A stretch of DNA of 56,008 nucleotides, filler included, from Jimgerdemannia flammicorona (taxonomy: Eukaryota), in NCBI GenBank assembly GCA_003990765.1. It is 3 parts of 3 records of this genome, joined end to end, with 100 filler letters (N's around TTAATTAATTAA, not from the genome) between each part and the next. Parts side by side here need not be neighbours in the genome. Positions count along the whole stretch, not along the records: positions 1 to 18,604 come from RBNJ01002164.1; positions 18,705 to 37,307 come from RBNJ01002165.1; 1 more part is not named here. One strand, given 5' to 3'. Position numbers and translations under genes: made by a program. The notes under the pieces were generated by a model, which had not been told where the DNA came from, made no database searches, and was given only the letters and a program-made list of their open reading frames with translations. The stretch's first letter is position 1. Each line of letters opens with the position of its first letter. Below are positions 12,851-24,333 of the stretch, piece by piece.

Positions 12851-13894
12851 TAATAAGTATATAGTAAGCTCAGTATATGTATGGTGAGCATATATTGATA
12901 AATAGTACATATCTGGCCAAACTTGCTTGCATCTACTTATCAATATAAAAGCACTCCTCTCATCTTTTTTTCTTTTCCATTCTTATACTTACTTATACTT
13001 ATACAATCATTACTATATTACTATATTATACTTATACTTATTACTCATACTCATGCTCATTGCTTGTGCTCATACTCATGCTCATTACTCACTACTATAA
13101 TGTGTAAGCCAAAATGTTAAAATCCACTTAATTCATCTATCTATCCATACTTACTATCTAATAATACAATATCTAATTAAGCTCAAGATATGCCCTCTAC
13201 AATCTACTATATCAAACTTTTTGGGAAACATAAAGTCAAACCCAAAGATATATATTCTGATCAAGAGAGAATAATTAAGCTTAAGCTTCTTAGATATATA
13301 ATTATTATTAATATGTAACCAAATAAAAAGAAACAAGAAGATATTCTCAAGAAGATATCTAAATATATAAATTTTAACTTAGAAGTGATAATTGTAAAAT
13401 ACAGCAAAGTATATATTGAATTACTACTATATATTTACCTCTTTCTTATTTTATCTAATTATCTTTCATTTATATATTGTAGTTTGATCAAGCAATATGA
13501 GGAAATAGGTTTTTGAAGCTATCAAATCCAATTTTCTCTCCAAATTCACTTCTATTCTTTTGAACATTTTTAACCTCAACAAGGATCATCAATTTAGACA
13601 ATTAATACTTGACTCTGACAAAATATTTATAGTCTATGAAAAATGTAATCCTAAGTTTGGTCTTTTGATAGATCCAATTAATAGAATATTTAACCTCAAT
13701 ACTACTCAATAAGTAAAGTTCAAGAAGTATATAGTTAATCAGATCTGTGTAAGCCCTACTTTTAAAGAAATAATTTGAATTATCTTTATGCACTATAACT
13801 ATAGATTGTATTATAGATTAAAGATGCTACAAAGTTTAGCTCAAATATATTAACTAAAGATATTAGATAGAAGAATAATAGCTTTTGCTATTAC

Positions 13895-15364
13895 TATAAG
13901 AGGGTTACTTTTTAGAGTAACTATTACATAGTTCTGGAAGAGTTTTCTGGAAGTTCTGGATATTCTGGAAGACTGTTTTCTTGTGGTTAAGATCAATTTC
14001 ATATGGAGTACATCCTTTATGCTTATTGATTTCAAGATCAGGTTGACATCTTAACCAAAGTCCTTTTTTGGACTAGTTCTGGATATTCAGGATTTTCCAT
14101 ATTTCAGAAAGTTCAAGAAACTAAGACCAGCTTAATTGAATTGGTGTATTGCTGCAGACAATACCCAATTAGGAAATTTTGTGATAGGGTTAGGAGTGAG
14201 ACCTAATAGAGAGCAGATTTACTTAAGAGTAGTTTATGAATTATTAAATAGGTTTATTTACTATTCATAATATTGCTATACTAGGAGTAGTTGTATGAAG
14301 GAATATTGTGGAAAGTGCTTAAGAGTTGTGTTTGGATTGTTCAGGTCTGAGATTCTGAGGTCTGGGGGAGGGAGTATTTATACTAGTGAGGGGCTATCTG
14401 GACTATACTAAATATGGATGTAGTACTAAGTGCCTTGCTGAGTCGAAATGTAGTCACATAGTATAAGTGTGATCTGACATGTCAAGAGATCATCTGACTG
14501 CTGAGTCAGTTCACAGTCATATCATACAAGACTAATCTAACTATACTATAGCTACTAAGTCTGGTTAGTCTTTGATGACATCACTATTGATAACATCATT
14601 GCTAGCAAAGTCTGAGTAGTTTCTGACTTCTGATATTATTAGTTTTCAAGATGTTATTACTTCTATCTCTTGCAAGATTAAGACTGTCCTTAGTAGCAGT
14701 AGTTGTATAAAGATAACAGGTCTTGGTTCTCTTTTTTTTTGGTCTTCTGGCACATTTGCGAGGACTGGCCATCCTTGTCTAGGGTGAGAGCTCCCAATGT
14801 CACAGCTGGGGGTTTGAACCTCTCAGAAATGATATTTTCTATAATCTGAGGCAATTTCTAGTAGTAATATCTGTCACATAGATGGCTTGAGATTGGTTTT
14901 GATGATGTCAGCTTTCTTGAGTTCAGATGAAGCATCTGTCACTCTCCAACAGAGGTGACACAGATAGAGTGAACAGAGTTGTTCAAATGTATTTTACTTC
15001 TACTAAGTAATGAGGTCTTGTATAGTTGTGATGTATCTTAGTCTTGAGTTGATAAGTACAGTTTGTGAACCTTTTGATGGGTGAGATAGGGTTCTTCTTG
15101 TCTTGATTCAATTTTAGTACTTTTGGTTTCTTTTTGTAATAGTACAGTACACCAAACTAGTTATAGCAGTTCAGAGTCAGTCTTATGATTATAGTACTTC
15201 TTCTAGTATTCTTGTATCTTAGTGGTAGGTTCTTGTACTTGCTGGCATATTTCATGTAACCAGATGATCTCTTCAGTAACTTGTTTTGTAGTCTTGCATA
15301 TAGTTTTCAAATTAGTTCTGAGGATGACATACAATTTTGGTGGCTTAGAGGTTGTGCACTTACA
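13895..15364 (-). repeat. 3' LTR (1470 bp); R/U5 shared with family Y LTRs, U3 different
   Basis: Terminal inverted repeat T(G>A)TAAG...CTTACA directly after the PPT. 13895-~14600 aligns with 26890, 28488 and 54127; 14600-15364 does not. Confidence 0.82.
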
Positions 15365-16319
15365 ACTCTCCCCTTCTTAGCTTTCAATGTCCTTGTCAGG
15401 GCCTTCTAATTTGTTCTAGTGTTGTTGTACTATTTGAATGATTCTTGTGGCTGTGTTTGTTGAGAATTTGTTCAACTTTGTATTCTTCTTGGTCATTGAT
15501 AATAACAGATACAGGTGGTTCTGTAGTTTGGTTCAGAATTGTATCTCAGAGTTTCTGGAGTAATGGTCTAACATGACTGTCAACTTTGGAAAAGTCTTCT
15601 TCAGAGTTCTTGGGTTCTTCTTTAGATGGGTGGATAGAGATAGTAAAGAGAGGGCATTTCTTGGCTAATTTCTTGAGTTATAGCTTATTGATGTGGGTGA
15701 TCTTTGGTCCAGAGTCACTAGAGTTGAGTGAGTTCTTTTCATCTTGTAGTTTGAAGTTGTGGTGTCCTTTCTTGATGGTCAGAGAATGGTTTACCCAATC
15801 AATCATAAGGTTTTCTTGTTTTAACCATGGAGTTTCAAGGATGATTTCATTATCCAGGAGTGGTACGATCTGGAGGGTAATATGTACTCAGTAGTCACCA
15901 ATTCAGAAGGACAGATTGTGGACTTCCTTGCTAATAACATAAGAGGTTTCATCAGCTGTGGCAACTGCTTGAGTTTATTGTACTGGTGAGGTGAAGACCT
16001 TGAGTCTATTGGCTGTTTCTTCATTGATGAAGTTGCCTGAAGCACCACTGTCTATCATGATCTTGACAGGTGCTCAGTTGACAAAAGCTTGAAGTGTAAG
16101 CAGTTTGTCTAATCCAATAGTGGTGATTTCAGTTGTAGGAGCTTTTCTTCTGTTGTTTCTTCTTTAAGCTAATTCATTGACACAAGAGAAGTAATCATCA
16201 ATCATTCAGGAAGAGTACATTCTAATATCATGGGGACATTGGCCACTTGATACATATCTGTCTTCAATTTTCTTATAGAATTATTCTTCTTTGTTCATAG
16301 TAGGTTGGGCTAGGGCCTT

Positions 16320-16730
16320 GTTTGATGAACCAAATTCTTTGGATCCTTAGATGGTAGGTAGTAGTTCAGGGACTTCCTTGACTGTCAGAGTTGACTTGAT
16401 TTTTTCAAATAGTATCTGGGCAATACAGAATCCAATGGGAATCTTAAAGGGTATCCAACTATGGTTTTGGATCAGAACAATGATTTTTCCTATATAATCT
16501 TTATCAATGACTTCTCCTTCTACTGAGAGTCCTTTCAATGCTAGGCTGCTGCAACAACATATTCTTCCAATATATCCTTCAGGAATTTGGATACTAATTC
16601 CTGTATAGACTTGCTTGACTTCTTGGTTGGAAACTGTAGCTTCTTTGGCTGCATATAGGTCATATCTAGCTGTTTTTTGACTTCCTTTGGTTGGGGCCTT
16701 GGCAGTTTGCCTTAACTTGACAAAGTCTAG
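16320..16730 (-). pseudogene. dut: Retrotransposon-encoded trimeric-type dUTPase domain
   Basis: FVKL..TAKAPTKGS..TARYDLYAA...TGISIQIPEGYIGRI...SSLALKGLSVEGEVIDKDYIGKI...IAQILFEKI...GSKEFGSS matches the five conserved dUTPase motifs in decayed form. Confidence 0.92.
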
Positions 16731-18604
16731 TATTCTGGTGGTCAGGTTGTTGAGGTAGTGCAGAGTGATAACAGTTGCTTGTGTTGCTGTTCAGGGTTTT
16801 CAGTTAGGGCAGGCACTGGCCATATGTCCTGTCTTTTGGCAATAGAAGTATACTCTGCTTCTTTGAAGTTCATTCCTTTCTCCTTCGGTTAGTTTCTTGA
16901 AGGTACTTGGCTGGGTGAGTTCATGATTTCTGAGTGTCCACAAAGTGGATGTTGAGGGAGCTTGGGATGCTTCATGCTTGGGTTCTTCTTTCTTGGTCCA
17001 AGTCTTTTCCTTGTTGTTGAATTATCTTTGGGGCAGAATTAGTCCAGCTGTTAGGATTTGCTTAACCATAGTCTTGATTCTTACTAGGCACTATTGTTGG
17101 TGATCACAACCAACTGGGTGGCCTTGTTCTCAGATTTTTCTAGTAAGCCATTCAGGTAGTGCATCAAATAAATGGTCTGCTCTTGTACTATTTTGTACTT
17201 CATCATTGACAATATATCCTAGGCCAACAGTATTCAGGAGTGACTCGAGTTTTATATAGAAGGTTTCAAATTCTTCTTTACTATATATATCAAATTTGAG
17301 GTTGCAGAGTTTTACTCAAGATTCAGTAATCATGGTTTCACTGCGGTATTGAGCAATTATGAGTTGTTTGAGTCTAGGGGCTGCAGGATGGGCTCTATAT
17401 CCTGGGGTATTATTTGCTATATTCTGAACAACTACTGCAGATTGGGTATCCCATGTAAGGGGTTTTTCAGGAAGGGTTCACCACCATTCTTCAGTGGGTC
17501 CTCAGAAAAATATAACAACTCAGTGGACATAGGCTATAGTAGTAGCAAAGAGTTGTTCCAGAGTGTGGTCTTAATTATTTGTTAGAATGCAGTCAGCAAC
17601 TTGCTCATTGGTCCATTGATTGGCTTCAAAGTTAGTGTCAACTACACTAATGAAGCTTTGGACTTCTTGTGCAGTACCATTGAAGGTAGGTAGGCTCAGA
17701 TTTTTGATAGGTCAGGTCTGTTCAGCTAAGGCAGTAATAGTTGCTACCATTATTGCTACTTGGGCTATGAGGTCTAGAATCTGTTGGTTTGCCATATTGT
17801 TTGCTGGAGGCAGTTGGACTACTAGTAGTGGTATTACTGGTACTACTTGAGGTACTGGTGCAGAGTGTGATGGGGTTCTTTGGGTCTGTGTAAGTTGCTG
17901 GAGTAGTAGTTGTGAGTCTGGAGTAAGGGTTTAATAGATAGCTATCTGTTGCTATATTGGTGTATTTTGTCCTGATAGAGGGGTATCTCTTTCAGTGGTG
18001 TATCTGGGATTGAGTTCACTGAGATACTCCTCCTCTTCTTCAGTTTGGTCTCTCTGTAATTGGATTTGCTCAGTATCAAAGTAGACAGAATCAGTTGTAT
18101 ATCTGATTTCAGATAGACTTAATTCAAAGTCAAGTTCTAGTTTGGTGTTGGTTTCAGGTTCAGGTAGGGCTGTAGCAGGACCTGCTTCTAGTTCGGGGTC
18201 AGGTAGTTAATGAAGGGTTTCTCTTGCTTCTTCTTTAAGAATATGACAGGCCTTGCTGTTCTGGAATTGGTAGTATAATGTGGTCTTGGTTCTGGTATGG
18301 TGAAAGTCAGTAGAGTTGAGCCACTTAGCTATAGAGGCTTGGACTTCATGAGGAACTAAGGCTAGAAAGACTGCTGCTGGTTGTCCTAGGTCACTCAGAT
18401 TTGTAGAGCTGACAAAACTCTTGTTGAGAAGGGTAAAGAAGACTTCTATAAGACCCTCTTCATCTTGACTTGCTGGGTGTAGAGCAAGGAGTTTGATGAA
18501 TAGGGTTTTGCCTATTTGCTAATTTAACTAGAGTATTTCTTTCTTTGAATGAAGTTTGTCCCACTTGTTGCAGGTGTGGAGGTCAAATTGTTCTTTTTTT
18601 TTTT

Positions 18605-18704
18605 NNNNNNNNNNNNNNNNNNNNNNNNNNNNNNNNNNNNNNNNNNNNTTAATTAATTAANNNNNNNNNNNNNNNNNNNNNNNNNNNNNNNNNNNNNNNN
18701 NNNN
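18605..18704. other. Scaffold gap (N44-TTAATTAATTAA-N44 linker)
   Basis: Run of N containing a six-frame stop linker; identical structure at 37308-37407. Confidence 0.97.
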
Positions 18705-21700
18705 TTTATAGTCTCTTGGACTCCTGCTTTTATTAATATATTTGTCTATCTAATATATATTACACTGAGCCCACTTCTATCCAATCCCCCTAGGGACTCC
18801 TCTCTCCCCCACACTCTCTCTATTAAAGACCACTAGGTCATTAATCATCTCTACCTGCCCACTACTCTATTCATAAATTTCTTTTACCAGATAGCAGTGA
18901 TGCCCACTCTGGGGACCCTATCCAACCCACCACCCTGTTAGCAAATCTCCCACCAATCCCTCTCATCTCAATAACCTCTCCTACAAATCCAGCTGTTATC
19001 TCTCCTCAAAAACAAAGAGCCAATGTCCAGCCAGCCCTACCTATACAGCTAAAACCCACCCTACAGTGAGCTATTCATTGCCCACACCTCCCACCAACCT
19101 AGTTCTCAAATCTTTCCAGTGATCTCTCTCCCCATCTGGTCTCCTCTTCATATGCAGCCAGTCCCCTATTGCTATCCAAAAATCCCCCAGAATCTCACAC
19201 TCTCCCAGCCAATGTCCTGGAGTCTGCACAAATCTCCAACTTATCTTATATTGTAGTACTCCTCACATTCCAGTAGTCCACCATCTGCCAGATATCCAGT
19301 ACAGAAATTCAACATGATATTCCTCTATAGCATCTATCACCATACTATCCAGAACTTGGAAGGAAGCAACTTTTGCACTTCAGCACTCTATGCCCAGACT
19401 TCTGCCCAATCCCACTCCTCACCAACTCTCACTGCTTACCAACTTCTAGACCAAAGATCCTGACCAAGTCCCTGCTGATACTCTACTCCATCCTCAATAT
19501 CAAACTCAATAAGTAGAGTACCCCCCAAAAGCAGTTTATTCCATCTCTATATAGCTGGTTCCCACAGCATCTCCTCTTTATTGCTATGTTAGCACAAGTC
19601 TATGTGATGTGCTCCATCTACTACCTCCCACCAGAAGCCTTTATATCTTAGCTGATGACTTCCACCCAGGCCCACCTGGGATAGCAAATCCCCCAAGAAC
19701 CCTCTTGGGGAGAATATCATCTCCCACACCTTCTGTATCAGCAGCACTCATTTCCCTCCCCTCAGTTCCACAGCCCACTTCAACCACCAAGCTCTCAGAC
19801 AGTACAGCCTCTTAGGAAAATCCATCCGTTCTAGCCCCTCTCAAACTACTAGCATTGAAAGAGTATCCCAACTGATCTGGGACTGCCTTCCAGCCCAAAT
19901 CCAATCCCTAGTCAGTTTCATCAGTCTCTTCACCACCCAAGCAGAGAAGTCTAAGTGATAGGCTATATATCACAACTTAGAGAACCAGTAGACATTCAGA
20001 ATTAATACCCAGTCTGCCAAAGAGATATATTGACCTCCTCAGCCTCTAAGAGCCTCCCCCCAGATGGCCACCCTTCTCTCCTACCACACCTATGACAAGA
20101 CAGATCCATATACTGAAAGAAAGATACCAGATATCTCACTACTTCTCCTATAGAGACAATTGTTCCAATGACATACCCTCCCACTAACCCATTTCTCAAC
20201 ACTATTGTCTCACACTTATGCTAGTTGAGTTTTGCTCTAGAGTATGTCTCATACCATTCTACTGTCTCCTTAAGGGCCTCAACATCTGCCACTGATCCAA
20301 GTCCAACTACCATATCATCTGCAAAGGCCCCCACCTTCTACACCACACTATAAATAGAGAGCCCTGTCACCTTTTGTCAAATTCTACATATCCATCAAAG
20401 GTTCTAGTAAAAGAGTATATAGAATAGAAGACAGTGGATCCTGCTGAGGAACTCCTCTCTCCAAGGGAAATGCCAGACCTCAGTGACCATTATACATCAG
20501 TGCTACTCTACTGCCCTCCAACAGATTCAATATAGAAGCTCAAAATATTGGGAGAACTCCTATTATGTCCAGCACCTTGCCCAACCACACTCACCAGACC
20601 CAGTCATAGGCCTTCTCCTAGTCCAAAAAGACCAGTCTCCCATCCAATCTACTAGCCTATGCCCCTTCAATGATACCATAAACCCAGGCCATCTCATCTC
20701 TGATATGTAAGTCTACCTCCAACAAAACTCCACTGCTTCTCACCCAATACCTGTTGGGCAACCTTCTGTAATTTTGCTATAATCATCTTAATAACCATCT
20801 TCCTGTCTATATCTAGAAGCATAATTGGTCTCCAGTTCTTCCAATTCTCCCTTCTCCCCTTATCCTTATACAACAGGGCCACCAGCCCTAGATCCTGCTC
20901 TCCCACCCACTGGCTATTCAAAAGAACAATGTCACAGAGGGCTGCCATCTCTCTTAATACTCCCAGGACTCTCACTATCTTCTTCCAAAAGTCCCAAGAT
21001 AGTCCATCCTCTCCTGGTACTATTATAAGCTTAGTTGCTACAAAGACTCTCTGGATCTTTTCCTCTTGGACTGGTAGGACCAAATCCCCCAGGCCCTCCA
21101 CTTGTAGTGACTCTCAAGTCTCCAGAGCATCTCCAATTGCCTCAGCATCAGCACTCCCTTCCTTCTCACTCTACAGACCCCTCCACCACTCCTTCAGCAA
21201 CCCCAAGATCTGTTGTATGCTATAAACTATTTCCCCCTCTGTATCAAGGACTCCATCCCATTGATGTTATACCATTCTAGCCTAGAGGAGCCTTGACAAA
21301 TACCTAGTGGGCCTCTCCCCCTCCTCAAGCCCCTACTATCTCAACCAGGCTGCTATTCCTTTCATCTACATCTCCTCTTTCTCTCTTAACACCTATTGCA
21401 ACTCCACTACTTCCTGCTTTGCCCACACTAACCTCCAATCATCCACCTCTCCAGAATTTATCAAATTAGCTCATTCCATCTGCAATCTGACCAATCTATG
21501 GGAAGCACACCTCACTCTCTTTCTTCTCTACCACCCAGCATCCCTACTAGCTCCTCCCCAGTAAACCCTCACAACCTCTTTCAACTTCATCTACTAGACA
21601 TCTACTGGCAAACCCTCATATATCCAGCTAGCAATCTTCCCCTGAATGTCCTCTGCCCAAGAGTCCTACAATACCTTCTCAGTCAGCAGAAAGGAGTTAA

Positions 21701-24333
21701 GGTACCAATGTCCAGGTCCATCTCCACTTCTCCCAAACTGCCCCTGCCCTAACAATCTCCAGTAATCCAACCATGGGCACCACTCCACCTCCAGAGTCCT
21801 TCAAACATCTATGCCCCAGCATTCAGCCATCAGTATCTAGTTGATCCTTATACCTAGTCTATTCACTCAGTGTGTGTAAATCCTCTTTTCTCCCCACTGT
21901 GTTCTGCCCATATCCCCTAAGGAGCTAAGGTTCTCCACCTTCTCTCAAGCATCCAGGCTGCCACTCCTTCTGCCAGCACTCCTCTCTCCATCAGTTCTAT
22001 CTAACTGAAGATCCTGCACCATATTGTAGTTACTCCCCAGAATATTCACCCCATTCACTAGTTCACTCCACTTGATCCACATTATCTTCACAATATATAT
22101 CCTACAGTAGAAAGAGATTAGTCTCCAATCTCATAAGCTAAGTGAAAATGTTCTTATACTGCCCAGAGCCCCATAAATCATTCACATTCAGAGAAAAAAT
22201 GTTAGTTGTACTGTTCATTGGAAATAATGTTTAGAAGTACTGCTCATCCTCTATAAATCCACATTCATTCCCTCTCTTGCTACATCCAAGTTATGTTCAG
22301 CAGCTACTTCCTTCTCTGCAGCCATCTTTACCTCCAATCTAACCAGAAGTTCAGCCATCTCCCCATTCTCCTTCTCCTTTAACTCCTCCCAATACTCCAG
22401 GCAGACCTCCTGCCAGAGCTGCAATCCATAACACTCCACCCAATAGTGTGCAGCCCACTCACCAGCAACAATCACCAGCTCAGCCTCTCTCTTCTTATCA
22501 ACCTCATACCTCTCCTTCTCTAGGAAAATCACAAGTACCTCTGCCATCAGTGCCTCCACCACCTCATTACTATGCAGAATCTATGCCCAATACTCCTCAC
22601 TCATTACCCTCAGGTCTACTTCTCCCAACTCTTCAGCTGTGAAGTTATTTATCATCTGGCTCATCCACAGTAGGCTTCCCACCTCCTTCCCTCCTGGAGA
22701 CACTGGTCTTCCTACACTCAACATCATATATCTGCTCCTGCACTTACAGTCTCATCTCACTCCTCCTCTGTCATATCTACTAGCTCATTCTTACCAACCA
22801 CCACCACCTGACCTCCTTTTGCTACATCTGGAACTCCAAAATATATCTGCTGCCTGGCTCCTCACAGCAGGACCTTGCCTAACAAGAGGGGGAGTGCTAT
22901 CCAAGTTCTGTTCTCAGACTTCAAATGTACTATCTGTATATAGGTCATTGTGTGGTGGCTTCCCGGCCCTATCCCAACCCTCCTCAGTATTCCCTCCCCT
23001 CTTATTGGCCCAGATACTTGCTTCAGTGTCCCCAGACTTCTCAATGCCACCTACATTCTTCTTTGCTCTTCTTTTCAGACTCACCAACAACTCTCTCTAC
23101 CTCTTGTACCTCTGAGGTCTCTCCCACTGTCTCTTGTCAGTACAGAGATGTTTCCTATCTATAATCTCTAAATGTATTGACTCAACATATATCTTCCAGG
23201 CCTTTGTCCTCTGCTTGACTGCTCCACTCATCTCTTCCAGAGTCTCCAACAGATTCTACTCCTTCTTCTCACTCTCCTTCACCCTTGATACCTTATAGAA
23301 AAAGACCCCCTACATCAGTATAGAAGGCTAGTTGCTTGTCTTTCCAGTAGCCTCTCTCCCAGCCAGTCAAATTCTGACATCAATGTCTCCTATCCTGAAG
23401 GTGGATCTCTCCTACATCTGGAACCCAATATCAACCACATCACTATACTCTGCTATCACCTCCTCAATTTTCTTCCTATTTTCAACCTTCATCATGGTAA
23501 GTACCCTCTTTATCAGTAGCTGAACTACTCTGGGGTCCCACCTCAGACAGTGCACCATTGGGACCACCACTTCTCCTATAGTCACTCTCATCTTCAACAC
23601 TTCTTCCATTGGGCCTATCTTCTTAAAGCCCACCTCAACCCCCTCCAGACTCTTCAGGAACTTCACCAAGACAGCCCCAGCCACCTGTTTAGAGATAAGT
23701 CCCAGAATCATCCTCACTATCACCACCAAGCCCTGGAAACACAAGGTTACAGTGAACTCTGAGATCAACTTCTTGAGCAATGGTGCCACTGTCAACCCCA
23801 TCATATCATCAGCTAGATTACCTTTCCTCTTTGGGCCCAACAGCTCAGCCCTGCTATCAGCAGTCATATCTGGATTTTTTTCCAGATTCCCAGTCATGCC
23901 ACCATTAGCAGTCTCTCCCCTACTCCCAGCATCTGCTTCACCAGCCCTTCCTCTCACTGGTAGAGGAGCTACACTTCCTGCTTCTCCTTTCTTCTGCTTT
24001 TCCTTCCCCTCTACCTGCCTACTATGAGCTCCAACAGGCCATCCTCTAGTCTTCAGCATATCAGCAAAGCTCCTCCCTCTCTGCCCTCCTGCCCCTCCTT
24101 TAGTGCTGCTATTACTGCCTGAACTATTCTACCCACTCAGACTACTAAAAGACCCCATCTCTAGTCCATACCCTCATCCAATATATTATCAGTCAAAGGC
24201 TCCAGGTCTACCTGACCTAGTACACATATTGGCTTACTTGTTAGTTATAATGACCTTAGTGTCTTTCTCTAATAAATAGTTCAAAAGTATATTTTGAAGT
24301 TTGTATTATATGATTAGTAGTGGAGAGAAATAT
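18705..24333 (-). mobile_element. Near full-length L1/Tx1-type LINE, decayed
   Basis: 3' end ...GACTATAAA abuts the gap. RT motif NWRPIMLLD, ORF2 ATG at 22218, ORF1 remnants 22251-24059, 5' tip TTTCTCTCCACTAC at ~24330. Confidence 0.92.

Larger units (their letters stand above)
13895..18593 (-). mobile_element. Ty3/Gypsy (chromovirus-like) non-autonomous derivative: gag-ZnK-dUTPase-protease-chromodomain remnant-PPT-3' LTR; RT/RH/IN absent
   Basis: Knuckle YFYCQKTGHMASAC (~16810-16851), protease IMIDSGASGNFI (~16020-16065), chromodomain-like EEYKVEQILNK (~15460-15490), PPT AAGAAGGGGAGAG (15366-15378). 5' end cut by poly(T) and a gap. Confidence 0.85.

Noticed and set aside
12851..13894. AT-rich interval with short repeats (CTTATA, CTCATG) as a possible host gene or the missing VTC4 exon
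   Set aside because: CpG-free with no SPX-like or other recognisable coding motif. Probably an unclassifiable decayed repeat.
14780..14805. TGTGACA-T-TGGGAGCTC on the minus strand, resembling an LTR end plus tRNA-Pro PBS
   Set aside because: No gag follows, there is no matching LTR start or TSD, and it lies inside an LTR already delimited by the PPT and TGTAAG/CTTACA.
18649..18660. TTAATTAATTAA palindrome inside N runs (also 37352-37363)
   Set aside because: Artificial six-frame stop linker marking scaffold gaps; not biological.
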